Assembly: GCA_963785235.1 (NCBI GenBank)
Contig: CAWAUM010000001.1
Span: forward strand, 384,001-448,000
Length of the DNA: 64,000 nt
Direction of reading: 5' to 3'
DNA from: an uncultured delta proteobacterium
GTDB taxonomy: Bacteria > Desulfobacterota > Desulfomonilia > UBA1062
The notes under the pieces were generated by a model. The model was not told the DNA's origin, did no database searches, and saw only the letters and a program-made list of their open reading frames with translations. Shown piece by piece: positions 9,567 through 19,659 of the stretch; position 1 is the stretch's first letter; each line of letters starts with the position of its first letter. A program made the translations under genes and the position numbers.

Positions 9567-10940
9567 ATGGATGTATTGATGCTGAGCAGGCTACAGTTTG
9601 CCATTACGAGTATGTTTCACTTCATCTTTGTACCACTGACCCTGGGGCTTTCCGTACTCGTGGCATGGATGGAATGGCGCTTTGTTAAGACTCAGGACGA
9701 GACATGGCTGAGGATGGCACGGTTCTGGGGGAAACTCTTTCTCATCAATTTTGCCCTGGGTATCGTCACGGGCATCACTCTTGAGTTCCAGTTCGGTATG
9801 AACTGGGCCGAATACTCCAAGTATGTGGGCGACATATTTGGTGCCCCATTGGCCGTGGAGGCTACGCTGGCCTTCTTCCTTGAGTCAGTGTTTATCGGGG
9901 TGTGGATCTTCGGCTGGGACAAGGTATCCCAAAGGACCCATGCCTGGGCCATTACCATAGTGGCTTTTGCCACCAATCTCTCGGCCCTGTGGATCCTGCT
10001 GGCCAACGGCTGGATGCAGAACCCGGTAGGTTCAAAGATAGTAGAAATATCAGGGAACCCCCTCATATCAAGGCGTGCGGAAATGGCAGACTTCATGGCC
10101 GTTGTGGCAAATCCCTACGGCTGGATTAAGTTTTTCCACACCGTCCTATCCGGGTACACTCTGGCTGCCTTTTTTGTCACCGGTGTTGCGGCATGGCACC
10201 TGCTCAGGAAAAATGAGGTGGACCTCTTCAAACGGTCTTTTAAGGCAGCCGCGATCTTCGGGCTTGTTTCTGGGATACTCGTGATGTTTACCGGAGACTT
10301 CCATGCTGTTGAGATAGCCAAGGTGCAGCCTTCAAAGCTCGCTGCCCTTGAGGCCGTCTGGGAAACACAGAAAGGTGCGGGGTTGAGTCTGATCGTGGTG
10401 CCGGACAGCGATAACGAGAGAAACGCCGTTGAGATCCTCACTATCCCCAAGCTGACGAGCCTGCTCGCATACCATAATCCTGATGCCGAGGTCAAAGGTC
10501 TCAAGGACATACCCAAAGACCTGAGGCCCCCGGTAGGGCTTACCTTCTACAGCTTCCGCATCATGGTGGCCCTGGGCATGTTGATGTTCCTGCTCTCCAT
10601 CATGGCCGTCTATCTCTCGGTTAAGGACAAACTGGAATCCTTTCCGCTGTTTCTCAAGGTCATGCTCTTGGCGATAGCCCTGCCGTATATCGGCGTACAG
10701 TTGGGGTGGATCGTTGCAGAGGTGGGCAGGCAGCCCTGGATAGTCTATGGGTTGCTCAAGACCTCGGATGCGGTGTCCAGATCCATCACAGTTTCTCAAG
10801 TAGCCATATCTCTTATAGCCTTTACCGCTGTGTACACACTTCTTGGTATCGTTGATGTGTATCTCCTCACAAAATATGCAAAGCAGGGTCCGGAAAAGGG
10901 TAATCAAGGGATTATGACGGCCAGGATAAAGGAGGTATAA
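9567..10940 (+). CDS. cydA: Cytochrome bd oxidase subunit I
   Basis: SRLQFA..FHFIFVPLT, EFQFGMNW, QPSKLAALE, EVGRQPW. Confidence 0.97.
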   Translation: MDVLMLSRLQFAITSMFHFIFVPLTLGLSVLVAWMEWRFVKTQDETWLRMARFWGKLFLINFALGIVTGITLEFQFGMNWAEYSKYVGDIFGAPLAVEATLAFFLESVFIGVWIFGWDKVSQRTHAWAITIVAFATNLSALWILLANGWMQNPVGSKIVEISGNPLISRRAEMADFMAVVANPYGWIKFFHTVLSGYTLAAFFVTGVAAWHLLRKNEVDLFKRSFKAAAIFGLVSGILVMFTGDFHAVEIAKVQPSKLAALEAVWETQKGAGLSLIVVPDSDNERNAVEILTIPKLTSLLAYHNPDAEVKGLKDIPKDLRPPVGLTFYSFRIMVALGMLMFLLSIMAVYLSVKDKLESFPLFLKVMLLAIALPYIGVQLGWIVAEVGRQPWIVYGLLKTSDAVSRSITVSQVAISLIAFTAVYTLLGIVDVYLLTKYAKQGPEKGNQGIMTARIKEV

Positions 10941-10941
10941 C

Positions 10942-11979
10942 ATGGAAGTGCTACAGACATTGCAGATTACCTGGTTTGTGTTGTGGGGCCTCCTCTGGGC
11001 GGTCTACTTTATGCTTGACGGCTTCGTGCTCGGCACTGGCATGCTCCACAATTTCCTTGCAAAGAATGAAAAAGAGAAGCAGGCCATGGTCGCTATTGTT
11101 GGTCCGGTATGGAACGGTAACGAGGTATGGCTCATCACGGCAGGCGGCGCAACCTTTGCAGCATTTCCTACCACGTATGCCCTCATGTTCAGCTACCTAT
11201 ACACAGCCCTGCTCCTGCTGCTGTTTGCCCTGATCATCCGGGGGGTGTCACTGGAATTCAGGGGAAAGGTGGCCAATTCAGGCTGGAAGAGGCTCTGTGA
11301 TGCAGGAATACTCCTGGGCAGTTTTCTGCCGGCACTGCTTCTCGGCGTGGCCTTTGGCAACATCTTCAAGGGTCTGCCCATGGATGTGTCAGGCTATCAT
11401 GGGAACCTGTTCACCTTACTAAACCCGTACGGGCTTCTCACCGGGGTCCTTTTTGTCATGTTGTTCGTGGTGCATGGGGCAATTTATACCTCTGTCAAGA
11501 CCAGTGGTGATCTCAGCGAACGTGCATTAGCATTTGCAGGACGTGCATGGGCAGGGCTCCTCATCGTTGCCGTGCTGTTCCTTGCATATACAGCCTTTGC
11601 CACAGGTCTTTACCTGAATTATCTGAGCAGTCCTTTCCTCTTCATTGTCCCTCTCATAGCAGTGGCTGCCCTTATCCTTATCAAGGTCTTTTTGATTAAT
11701 GTGAACGGCCTGAATGCCTTTGCTGCATCATGCGTAACTATCCTCACCGTATGCTTTACCGGTATCATCGGATTGTTCCCTAACCTGATCCCATCCAATC
11801 TTGATCCGGCCTATAGCATGACGATCTATAACTCCTCCTCCAGCCAGACCACCCTGGCCATTATGACGGGCGTTGCCCTTATCTTCGTACCCATTGTCAT
11901 AGCATACAAGATCTGGGTGTACCGGGTGTTCCGGGATAAGATATCGCCGGATAACATGCATGAGGAGAAGGCATACTGA
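10942..11979 (+). CDS. cydB: Cytochrome bd oxidase subunit II
   Basis: LDGFVLG, GPVWNGNEVWL, AAFP; immediately downstream of cydA. Confidence 0.97.
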   Translation: MEVLQTLQITWFVLWGLLWAVYFMLDGFVLGTGMLHNFLAKNEKEKQAMVAIVGPVWNGNEVWLITAGGATFAAFPTTYALMFSYLYTALLLLLFALIIRGVSLEFRGKVANSGWKRLCDAGILLGSFLPALLLGVAFGNIFKGLPMDVSGYHGNLFTLLNPYGLLTGVLFVMLFVVHGAIYTSVKTSGDLSERALAFAGRAWAGLLIVAVLFLAYTAFATGLYLNYLSSPFLFIVPLIAVAALILIKVFLINVNGLNAFAASCVTILTVCFTGIIGLFPNLIPSNLDPAYSMTIYNSSSSQTTLAIMTGVALIFVPIVIAYKIWVYRVFRDKISPDNMHEEKAY

Positions 11980-12008
11980 TACCAGGGAAAGATCTTGGAC
12001 ACGAGCTG

Positions 12009-12056
12009 TTCCCCAAGCCCTTTACACCATGACCAGGGAAGAAAGGGTGAGGGGAA
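12009..12056. terminator. Imperfect hairpin downstream of cydB
   Basis: TTCCCC..CCCTTT / AAAGGG..GGGGAA between convergent genes. Confidence 0.35.
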
Positions 12057-12194
12057 TGGTTCCTATTTTGAGTATTCTGGCCGTTAAGCCACATGTCTAT
12101 AGTCCGTTAGTAATGAATTAAGATGTGGGTCTCATTATAAAAGTTTAAAGGAAGAAAGCCACAACGCCAGGCTAGAGAGGGCTTTTGATACCAC

Positions 12195-12605
12195 TTACCC
12201 TTGTAATTTATAAATATGAAGGCTCTTCTCATTATCCTTATCATGAGCATTGATCAATTGATGCACTTTATCTTTTAGTTCCGTCAGATCTGAAGACTTC
12301 ATGACATAGGCATCAGCCGCCATCGCCAGATAATTCTTTTTATAACTGAGATATGCCGTATAAATTATGACAGGCGCATCGATCTTGAGTTTCAACATAT
12401 TGCCGATGGTGTCCAAGCCATCCATCTTGGGCATGCGGAGGTCCATAATCATGAGGTCGGGATGTTCTGATCTTAAAACTGAGGAAATTGCCTCGTGCCC
12501 ATTCGATGCAGTCACAACTTGATATCCTTCGTCTTCCAGTTCCTCAGTGAGGAGCTGTCGTATATGTTTATCATCATCAACTAACAGTATTTTTTTCATA
12601 TGCAT
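12195..12605 (-). CDS. Single-domain response regulator (receiver only)
   Basis: ILLVDDD, MDLRMPKMDG, YTAY, YVMKS. Confidence 0.92.
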   Translation of the reverse strand: MHMKKILLVDDDKHIRQLLTEELEDEGYQVVTASNGHEAISSVLRSEHPDLMIMDLRMPKMDGLDTIGNMLKLKIDAPVIIYTAYLSYKKNYLAMAADAYVMKSSDLTELKDKVHQLINAHDKDNEKSLHIYKLQG

Positions 12606-12823
12606 TCTTTACCTTGATATAATAAGTAGTTATTAACGCTGTTACAGTACTGTGGATTCTCATATTAGTTCTATTATTGAAAGAGATGACATTATCTTCC
12701 TGATACTTTATAGAATTAATTATGACATGATCACTATGAGGGCCGTTCTTTATAATTCTTTATCCTTAATTGCAAGGGGAAAAACATAGTGATGATAAAT
12801 AAAACAAATACGAGGAGGATTTT

Positions 12824-13099
12824 ATGACAAAATCGGATTTAGTTAATGTTATTGCAGCTAAAGCAAAGATATCAAAAGCAGCAGCATTACTAGCTTTAGA
12901 TGCCCTTACAGGGTCAATTGTCGGCGCTCTTAAGAAGGGTGATAAGGTCACTCTGGTTGGTTTCGGGACCTTTGAAGTCGCTAAAAGGGCTGCCCGTACA
13001 GGTGTGAATCCACGCACAAGAGAGAAGATAAAGATCAAGGCATGCAAGGCTCCTCGTTTCAAGGCTGGTAAAGCATTCAAGAATGCTGTAAAAAAATAG
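12824..13099 (+). CDS. hup: HU family DNA-binding protein
   Basis: [30 protein letters not shown]; GAGGAGG RBS. Confidence 0.95.
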   Translation: MTKSDLVNVIAAKAKISKAAALLALDALTGSIVGALKKGDKVTLVGFGTFEVAKRAARTGVNPRTREKIKIKACKAPRFKAGKAFKNAVKK

Positions 13100-13121
13100 T
13101 CATATTTAAGTTCTGCCCTCC

Positions 13122-13169
13122 TTGCCACATCCGGCATTCCTCCCAGGTCTGTCAGGTGTGGCAATTTTT
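13122..13169 (+). terminator. Rho-independent terminator after hup
   Basis: TTGCCACA...TGTGGCAA followed by TTTTT. Confidence 0.6.
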
Positions 13170-13256
13170 ATTCACTCTGGTTCATTCTATAGATCATCTT
13201 CAAATAACGCATCGGTGTTCGTTTTTATCGGTAACCAATAGGAAGCATTTGGAATT

Positions 13257-14114
13257 TCAAGCTGGAGTATATCTTTTTCCGCTAAGCTCCTGGATATTGA
13301 ACTCGATCCTTAAAACATTCCCTTTCTCATCACAAATAGGAGCCAGTATGTTATAAAATATTCTCCCGTCATACTCTTCTAAGAAACCGTCTGACTGGCC
13401 TGATGACATGACTCTATCAAAGTTGATCTTTCTTTTTTCAGCCAATTTATCTGGTGTATGATGAAATATTGAAGATCCCACCAATTCATTTATGCTCTTC
13501 CCCAAAATCTCTGCAGCTCCCTCATTCAGGTCTAATACAATACCAGAAGTATTCAGAAGGATCTGTGGACCTAGTCTGTCACTTAAGTGGTTTGTCTTAT
13601 CCCTCATAGTATTATCCTGAGACTTCTCAATCGATGCACGATCTGTAATTTCTCTGGCCACAGAAATAACAGCAATAACCTTACCATTACGAGTAAGGGG
13701 AACCCCGCTAACCTCACCCAACTTTTTTGATCCGTCTTTAGTTATAAATCTGTAGATGGAATAGAGGACTGTATTCCCAGAAAGTACGTGAAGTGCGTTG
13801 TCGAGTGCTTCTTCATGATCTAATGGGTCTAGAATATTCAGAAGATCATAGAAATTACTGCCGATCAGTTCTTCGGGTTTATATCCAAGAAGTCTTTCAA
13901 CATTTGGCGAGATATACTTCAATGTAAATTGGTGATCATAAGAAAACATAACATCATTGGACACCGAGAAGTGGATACGAAAGTAATCTTCATACTCTTG
14001 CAAAGAATTTTCAACGAGCTCTACTGTTTTAGCTACGCTTTCCAACTCTGCTATTTTCCTGTAAGCAATTTCCAGTTCAGCTAAAAGCAGGTCTCTTGTC
14101 TTATAATTTTCCAT
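13257..14114 (-). CDS. Tandem PAS-domain protein without output domain
   Basis: N-terminal coiled coil, PAS (YISPNVERLLGYKPEELIG, ITKDG, VAREIT) and a second PAS (LNEGAAEILGKS). Confidence 0.8.
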   Translation of the reverse strand: MENYKTRDLLLAELEIAYRKIAELESVAKTVELVENSLQEYEDYFRIHFSVSNDVMFSYDHQFTLKYISPNVERLLGYKPEELIGSNFYDLLNILDPLDHEEALDNALHVLSGNTVLYSIYRFITKDGSKKLGEVSGVPLTRNGKVIAVISVAREITDRASIEKSQDNTMRDKTNHLSDRLGPQILLNTSGIVLDLNEGAAEILGKSINELVGSSIFHHTPDKLAEKRKINFDRVMSSGQSDGFLEEYDGRIFYNILAPICDEKGNVLRIEFNIQELSGKRYTPA

Positions 14115-14554
14115 GCACAGCCACTCATCATAACATCAAAATATAAATTGAAATAAAATTCAGATGCCTTAATTATAATGTGATAATTAGTAATGTCAAT
14201 TACTGCCCTCAAAATTCCTTATGACAAAAATTCTTATGCCCCTTGACTTTCATAGAGTTGATATTACCTATACTATAATAGTTACATTTAAATTTTAATG
14301 AATTTCAATTAGCAAACTATACAGCATTATATCTCCTTGTATTTATGCCATTTCAAAATTGAATTGTCCGGCAATTGAAGTGTGTCCATTTGCCGTCTTA
14401 TTTCTCTGGTTGGAAAGTAACAGAGAATATCCAGTTGGGAAGGGAACACCAGCAGATAAAATGATACAAGCTTGCTCATTCGACCTACCTGGAAACATCA
14501 CGAGATAAACACCAATCTGAAGTGCATGGATATTTGTATACACAGGGGGAAATC

Positions 14555-15775
14555 ATGCGAAAAAATATCACTATATCTTTTTTTGATAACCTCATCAGCG
14601 AACCGGTAAACAGCCTGATCCAGAAGGCCGTTGATGAAGGTCGTGTACCCATAGGTTATTCATGCAGCCTCATCCCAGAACCACTACTATCTTTAGGGAA
14701 GCTCTTTCCTGTACGTCTCTATGCACAAGGTGTCAACGGGACACAGATAGCTGATAACTATCTCTCCAGTGTACTATGTTCCTATTCACGGAGCATTCTC
14801 GAACGGGCTATCATGAACGGGTTTGACTTCTTGGGTGGTGTGATCTTTGCCGCGAGCTGTGACCACATCCGCAGAGCAGGGCAGCACTTTGAATTGCTAG
14901 GGATAAATAAGATCAATCCAAACTTTTTCTCCTACCTTGTCGATGCTCCCCGCAAGGTTTCACCCATTCATGTGGAATGGCTTGCCAAAGATTATCGAAA
15001 ACTGGCGGGAAAACTAGCGGATAACTACGGGGTCGACACGAGCGATTCGGCTCTGTTCAGTGCAATCAAAGAGCACAATAATTTTACTTCCTTACTGAAG
15101 TCGATTGGAGACCTCCGGAAAAATGATCAGCCCCCCATCAGCGGCACCGAGTTCCATAAGCTCATGGTTGCATCAAAGCTCACCCCGAAAGATCTGCTCT
15201 TGGAACCCCTTAAAAACTACATGGATACTCTCAAGGAACAGGTTGTTCTCAGAAAACATCGTGCACGTATTATGGTCATAGGTTCTGAATGTGACAATCC
15301 TGCCTACACCGAACTTATCGAATCCCAGGGGGCTTTGGTCGTGGCGGACCGATATTGCTGGGGGTCACTGCCCGGGTTGGAGCCCATACCTGAAGAAAGA
15401 GACCCCTACATCTCCCTCGCATCCCATTACCTAAACATGTGTGCATGCCCGCGCATGATGGAAAAGTATCAGGAAAGGGTTGATCAAACCATCACCTACT
15501 ACAATGAATATAAAGCTGATGGGATTATCCTCGAGACCATGAAGTTCTGCGATTTGTGGGGATATGAAATTCTGACCATGGTGGAAGCCTTGCATAAGGC
15601 TGATATACCGGTAGTGCGCGTTGAACGTGAATACCCCCTCACCGGACAGGGGCAGCTCCGCACACGGATCCAGGCATTTATCGAGAGCATCGAAGGCCGT
15701 CGGGACCTGCAGAAGGTCAGTATGAGTATTCTGAAAAGGAGGGGTACCGGATATGATGGAAATGCTACGGCGTGA
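14555..15775 (+). CDS. 2-hydroxyacyl-CoA dehydratase family subunit (HGD-D fold)
   Basis: GYSCSLIPEPL, LCSYSRS, SCDHIRR, DRYCWG, CPRMM, KFCDLW, GQLRTRIQAFIE. Start moved to the ATG at 14555 after AGGGGGA. Confidence 0.88.
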   Translation: MRKNITISFFDNLISEPVNSLIQKAVDEGRVPIGYSCSLIPEPLLSLGKLFPVRLYAQGVNGTQIADNYLSSVLCSYSRSILERAIMNGFDFLGGVIFAASCDHIRRAGQHFELLGINKINPNFFSYLVDAPRKVSPIHVEWLAKDYRKLAGKLADNYGVDTSDSALFSAIKEHNNFTSLLKSIGDLRKNDQPPISGTEFHKLMVASKLTPKDLLLEPLKNYMDTLKEQVVLRKHRARIMVIGSECDNPAYTELIESQGALVVADRYCWGSLPGLEPIPEERDPYISLASHYLNMCACPRMMEKYQERVDQTITYYNEYKADGIILETMKFCDLWGYEILTMVEALHKADIPVVRVEREYPLTGQGQLRTRIQAFIESIEGRRDLQKVSMSILKRRGTGYDGNATA

Positions 15776-17201
15776 AAAGATAAGAGATGCTTGGGTTCCC
15801 TACAAGTACTGGGCAATCAATTGGATGAATATCAACCAATTTTTTCTAAGCATGCCTGTTACGGTGCTCAAAGGCATGTTCCGCTATCCTTGGATGTACG
15901 ATCTCCTCAAGACCAACGCTCTTGCACTTCGTCACGCTGAGGGTCGTACGGGTCGGCATAAGGAAGCCATACTGCTATACTATGCCATGGCTGTTAAGGA
16001 TGTGAATGACATGCTGACAGATACTCTTGTGAGTACAGATCGTCTTGTCCTGTCTGAAGACATGCTCCCACCAGAGATCATCTGTTCTATGGGCTTGAGA
16101 CCATTTACAATGGAAGTTCCTGGCATTCTCATGTGTATGATGGATCAGCATTCGGCACACAGATATATGGACAGGGCCCAGAATGAAGGATTGCCTGGCG
16201 ATACCTGCAGCCTTCCAAGGGTAACTATGGGAACAATTCTAGAAGGGCATATACCCAAGGCAGTCGCCATACTTACTACAAATCTGCCTTGTGACGGTGG
16301 AATGGCCTCATATGCAAAGCTGCAGGAGATCACAGGACTGCCCACCTACAGGCTCGATGTCCCCTACAATTTCAAGGATGCCGATGCCATCGACCTCTTT
16401 ACAGAAGACCTGAAAAACATGATCTCGTTCCTTGAGAAAAACACTCCAGGCCGGATGGATTGGGAGAAACTGCGACAGAACTGTGAGAACTACAACAGGC
16501 TCAACGATATCGAGATGGAGCGCTTCGATATGCTCACCTCCGATCCACCGCCCCTCGTTGGCGACAGTGTTACCCTTCCTCATTTCTATTGTTTCAATAA
16601 CAGGCCAGTTACCAAGGATTTCATCGAAACATATCATCGCATCTATAAACTCATGAAGGCAAACTACGATGAGGGAAAACCTGCCATCCCGAATCAACGA
16701 TATCGTGCCTTGCTGTGGAATCCCATGCCAACGGTCTATTCACATGTGGAGAACTGGATGGAGAGGACTTGGGGCATTGGGATCGTTATGGATATGCTGA
16801 GCTACGGATATACCGAGCCCCTCGATACCTCATCTAACGATGCAATGCTGCGGTCTCTTGCTAAACGGTACATGTGGGGAACCATGGCGCGTCATACAAG
16901 AGGGCCAGTATCCAACTTCTTTGAGGATATCTGGCAGGCATATGCTAAATTTAAGTGCGACATGGTCATCATGGCCGCCCATGTGGGATGTAAAAGTACC
17001 ATGGGCATGCTTGGCGTTCTTAGGGAAAATTGTCGTAAACGAAAGATCCCACTCCTTGTATTTGAATATGAGTTAATGGATACGCGTGTGTGCTCCAGGC
17101 AAGGTATCCGTGACCAGATCAATAATTTTATGAAGAATATTATGAAAGCTGATCCTTCAGATCCCAACCTGCTTGTCATCGATGACACCATGGTGTGGTG
17201 A
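15753..17201 (+). CDS. 2-hydroxyacyl-CoA dehydratase family subunit (second HGD-D subunit)
   Basis: DTCS, NLPCDG, LDVPY, HVGCK; overlaps the upstream gene. Confidence 0.85.
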   Translation: MMEMLRREKIRDAWVPYKYWAINWMNINQFFLSMPVTVLKGMFRYPWMYDLLKTNALALRHAEGRTGRHKEAILLYYAMAVKDVNDMLTDTLVSTDRLVLSEDMLPPEIICSMGLRPFTMEVPGILMCMMDQHSAHRYMDRAQNEGLPGDTCSLPRVTMGTILEGHIPKAVAILTTNLPCDGGMASYAKLQEITGLPTYRLDVPYNFKDADAIDLFTEDLKNMISFLEKNTPGRMDWEKLRQNCENYNRLNDIEMERFDMLTSDPPPLVGDSVTLPHFYCFNNRPVTKDFIETYHRIYKLMKANYDEGKPAIPNQRYRALLWNPMPTVYSHVENWMERTWGIGIVMDMLSYGYTEPLDTSSNDAMLRSLAKRYMWGTMARHTRGPVSNFFEDIWQAYAKFKCDMVIMAAHVGCKSTMGMLGVLRENCRKRKIPLLVFEYELMDTRVCSRQGIRDQINNFMKNIMKADPSDPNLLVIDDTMVW

Positions 17202-17210
17202 GGTGATAAA

Positions 17211-18068
17211 GTGAACAACAATACAAAGTACTACTGCGGGTGCGATGTGGGGTCCACTTATGGAAAAGCGATGATAATCGATGATTCGGGAAAAGTCCTT
17301 GGATCATCTATAGTCAGAAGCAAGGTCGATCCAGAAGAAACGGCCCGTATATCCATAGCCGAAGCTATAAAAGACATTCCAGGGCTCGACGATATATCTC
17401 AATTCTCCTATCTTGTAGGTACAGGGTATGGCCGCAACGAGGTGCCCTTTGCCAATGAGAATATCTCTGAAATAAGCTGTCATTCGCTGGGTGTATTCAC
17501 CTGCGAACCAGAGGTGAGAACCATTGTGGATATCGGAGGCCAGGATGTGAAGGGTATCGGTGTCGCGGATGACGGGACGGTCAGAGATTTCTGTATGAAC
17601 GACAAGTGCGCTGCCGGAACTGGTCTCTTCTTTGAGGGAATGAGTCGGGCATTTGAGATCAATATTGCCGAGTTTTCCAACCTTTCACTTACAGCGAAAA
17701 AGGTCATCCCCATCACTTCCCAGTGCAGTGTCTTTGCCGAGACCGAAGTGATTAGCCTGTTGGCAATGAAGAACTCACCGGCAGATATCGCCGCAGGTAT
17801 CCAGCAAGCTGTAGCAAAACGGTGCCTCACAATGCTTATGAGGGTTGGGATTCAGGAAAAGGTTACAGTCACGGGTGGCTGTGCAAAGAATTATGGGTTG
17901 ATACAGGCACTCGAGAACATCCTGCGTACCGAACTGGCGCATCTGCCTATCGACCCGCAACTTATGGGCGCGTTAGGAGCAGCGATTTTTGCACATAGAA
18001 AGGCATTTGTTAAGGGAGACAGCACCTCTGTCATAAATAATAAAAGTGTACCATACAGTCTTCATTGA
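17211..18068 (+). CDS. Acyl-CoA dehydratase activase (HgdC/BadF-family ASKHA ATPase)
   Basis: GCDVGSTYGK, GTGYGR, EISCH, DIGGQD, MNDKCAAGTG, CSVFAETE, TGGCAKN. Confidence 0.93.
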   Translation: MNNNTKYYCGCDVGSTYGKAMIIDDSGKVLGSSIVRSKVDPEETARISIAEAIKDIPGLDDISQFSYLVGTGYGRNEVPFANENISEISCHSLGVFTCEPEVRTIVDIGGQDVKGIGVADDGTVRDFCMNDKCAAGTGLFFEGMSRAFEINIAEFSNLSLTAKKVIPITSQCSVFAETEVISLLAMKNSPADIAAGIQQAVAKRCLTMLMRVGIQEKVTVTGGCAKNYGLIQALENILRTELAHLPIDPQLMGALGAAIFAHRKAFVKGDSTSVINNKSVPYSLH

Positions 18069-18103
18069 TTCGGTACAAGGTGTTGTAGAGGGAGGATTAG
18101 GGA

Positions 18104-18241
18104 ATGTCGATGATAATAAAAATTCTATTTATTGCAGGATCATTTATTGTTTTATCCTTTGTCATATATAAAAAGAAGCTCGATGATAAGCTCCTTGCGG
18201 TTATGGAACCTTTCTTCCGAAAAATGACCAAACAGGCCTGA
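18104..18241 (+). CDS. Small membrane protein (45 aa), below the ORF-track cutoff
   Basis: GGAGG RBS; MSMIIKILFIAGSFIVLSFVIYKKKLDDKLLAVMEPFFRKMTKQA*; one TM helix followed by KKK. Confidence 0.6.
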   Translation: MSMIIKILFIAGSFIVLSFVIYKKKLDDKLLAVMEPFFRKMTKQA

Positions 18242-18386
18242 TGAAAGGATAATCAGTCCCCCCTAAAAGCATGGATGATTAGAAATAGGTATGAGCATCC
18301 GTGCCACAATCAACAGTTTGCAATTATTAAAGAATAATTAATATCATCTTGGTTTTAAAATCTCTGGGATACTGATGATCTTGTGT

Positions 18387-18533
18387 GAGGTTGTCGAAAA
18401 ACCCAGCAGAGATAACGTGATGAAAAAATAACCTCGCAGAATGCCCGACACTTGAAATATTATAATTGGAGCTTCTGTTTTGTTGATCCAAATTTGATAG
18501 TTTTGAACTTTGCTGGAGTTTTTCGACAACCTC
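18387..18533. mobile_element. MITE-like element, 147 bp
   Basis: Terminal IRs GAGGTTGTCGAAAAAC(T)CCAGCA at 18387-18408 and 18511-18533, outer 16 bp perfect; TGT directly flanks both ends; no transposase. Confidence 0.7.
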
Positions 18534-18750
18534 TGTTTTGATAATCTAAGCAGGCATATGAGCTATGGACTACTACAAATCCTGAATGGATAATACCTTG
18601 TCTTCATATTTATTAAAGACGGTTTGATATGTAGAGACGGTTTGTTTCCTTTGTAACGCGATTATGAAGTCCTTGGAAAGCAACTTGAATCAAATAAGCA
18701 TACTTGGATTTATCATACCTCCCAGGATGCACGGAGATACTCCCGTCAAG

Positions 18751-18814
18751 GGAGAGAGGGTGCTTAATTATTCTTTACTCTCTCCAAGCCTCCCCCATCT
18801 AGGATGAGGGGCTT
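18751..18814. terminator. Tandem hairpins at the end of the minus-strand transketolase operon
   Basis: GGAGAGAG/CTCTCTCC, then AAGCC..CCCCATC/GATGAGGGGCTT. Confidence 0.4.
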
Positions 18815-18858
18815 CCATCTTGATTTGTCAGCCTCATGCCAACAGCATTGAAGCATGT

Positions 18859-19647
18859 TTATTTCTTCGGCGGCAGGAGCATGTCCTGGATGCGGAACAT
18901 GAACGAGCCCATGACCCCTGCGTATTCGGGCGAGCCTTCGAGCCTGATGTCGCCGTCCGCTGTGGCGCTCACGGTATCCTTGCTCTCTGCAAGGACCTTA
19001 TAGGCGCCTTCCATTCCGTTGAAACGCATGTGTACGAAGGGGGCCTTGCGGGTATAATGGCCATGGCCTGCCTTGGTTCTGCCTCCCTTGACCCTGAGGT
19101 AGGCCGCAGGTCCCGCAGGGTCGATGGACATCTGGTAGATGCGGTCGGGCTGCTTGGCCGTCCAGGCCTCCATATCCTCGTCGCCGCCCTTGTTGAGCTG
19201 GCTCAGGGCATTGGTGACCATGTACATGATGAGCTTCAGTTTCAGCTCGCGCTTGGCCGGATCCTTGGGGTTGACGTTGGGCATGAGGAGCAGCAGGCCC
19301 AACAGGAGCACCACGAGCCTGATGAGCAGCGGGAGTTTCCAGATGCCCTTGGGAAGGCCGCCGAAGACCGGGATGCCCCCGGTGAACATGGCATTCATGC
19401 CCGCGGCATGCTTGAAGGGCAGCGCTATATCGGGATCCGGATGAATACCCTGGATGACATCGAGCTTCCCGTCTTTGAACTCCAGGTAGGCGCCGGTATC
19501 AGTGCCCTTGATGAATAACTGGATCACCCCGTCGAAGCGTGCGAGGAGCTTCTTGAGGGGAGTATTGTCCGCCTCGTAAAGCACCTTGAAGAGCGGCATG
19601 ATCGATCGCAGGACAATCCTGTTTGTGAGCATCACCTTGTCTGCCAT
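18859..19647 (-). CDS. SCP2 (sterol carrier)-like domain protein, probably two repeats
   Basis: AYLEFKDGKLDVIQG..PDPDIAL and DGDIRLEGSPE patterns typical of SCP2 folds; AGGAGG RBS. Confidence 0.55.
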   Translation of the reverse strand: MADKVMLTNRIVLRSIMPLFKVLYEADNTPLKKLLARFDGVIQLFIKGTDTGAYLEFKDGKLDVIQGIHPDPDIALPFKHAAGMNAMFTGGIPVFGGLPKGIWKLPLLIRLVVLLLGLLLLMPNVNPKDPAKRELKLKLIMYMVTNALSQLNKGGDEDMEAWTAKQPDRIYQMSIDPAGPAAYLRVKGGRTKAGHGHYTRKAPFVHMRFNGMEGAYKVLAESKDTVSATADGDIRLEGSPEYAGVMGSFMFRIQDMLLPPKK

Positions 19648-19659
19648 GGCCGTCCTCCT

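Noticed and set aside
14555-18068. Calling the operon benzoyl-CoA reductase or plasmalogen synthase
   Set aside because: There is only one activase module, no aromatic-degradation genes nearby and no fused PlsA-type architecture.
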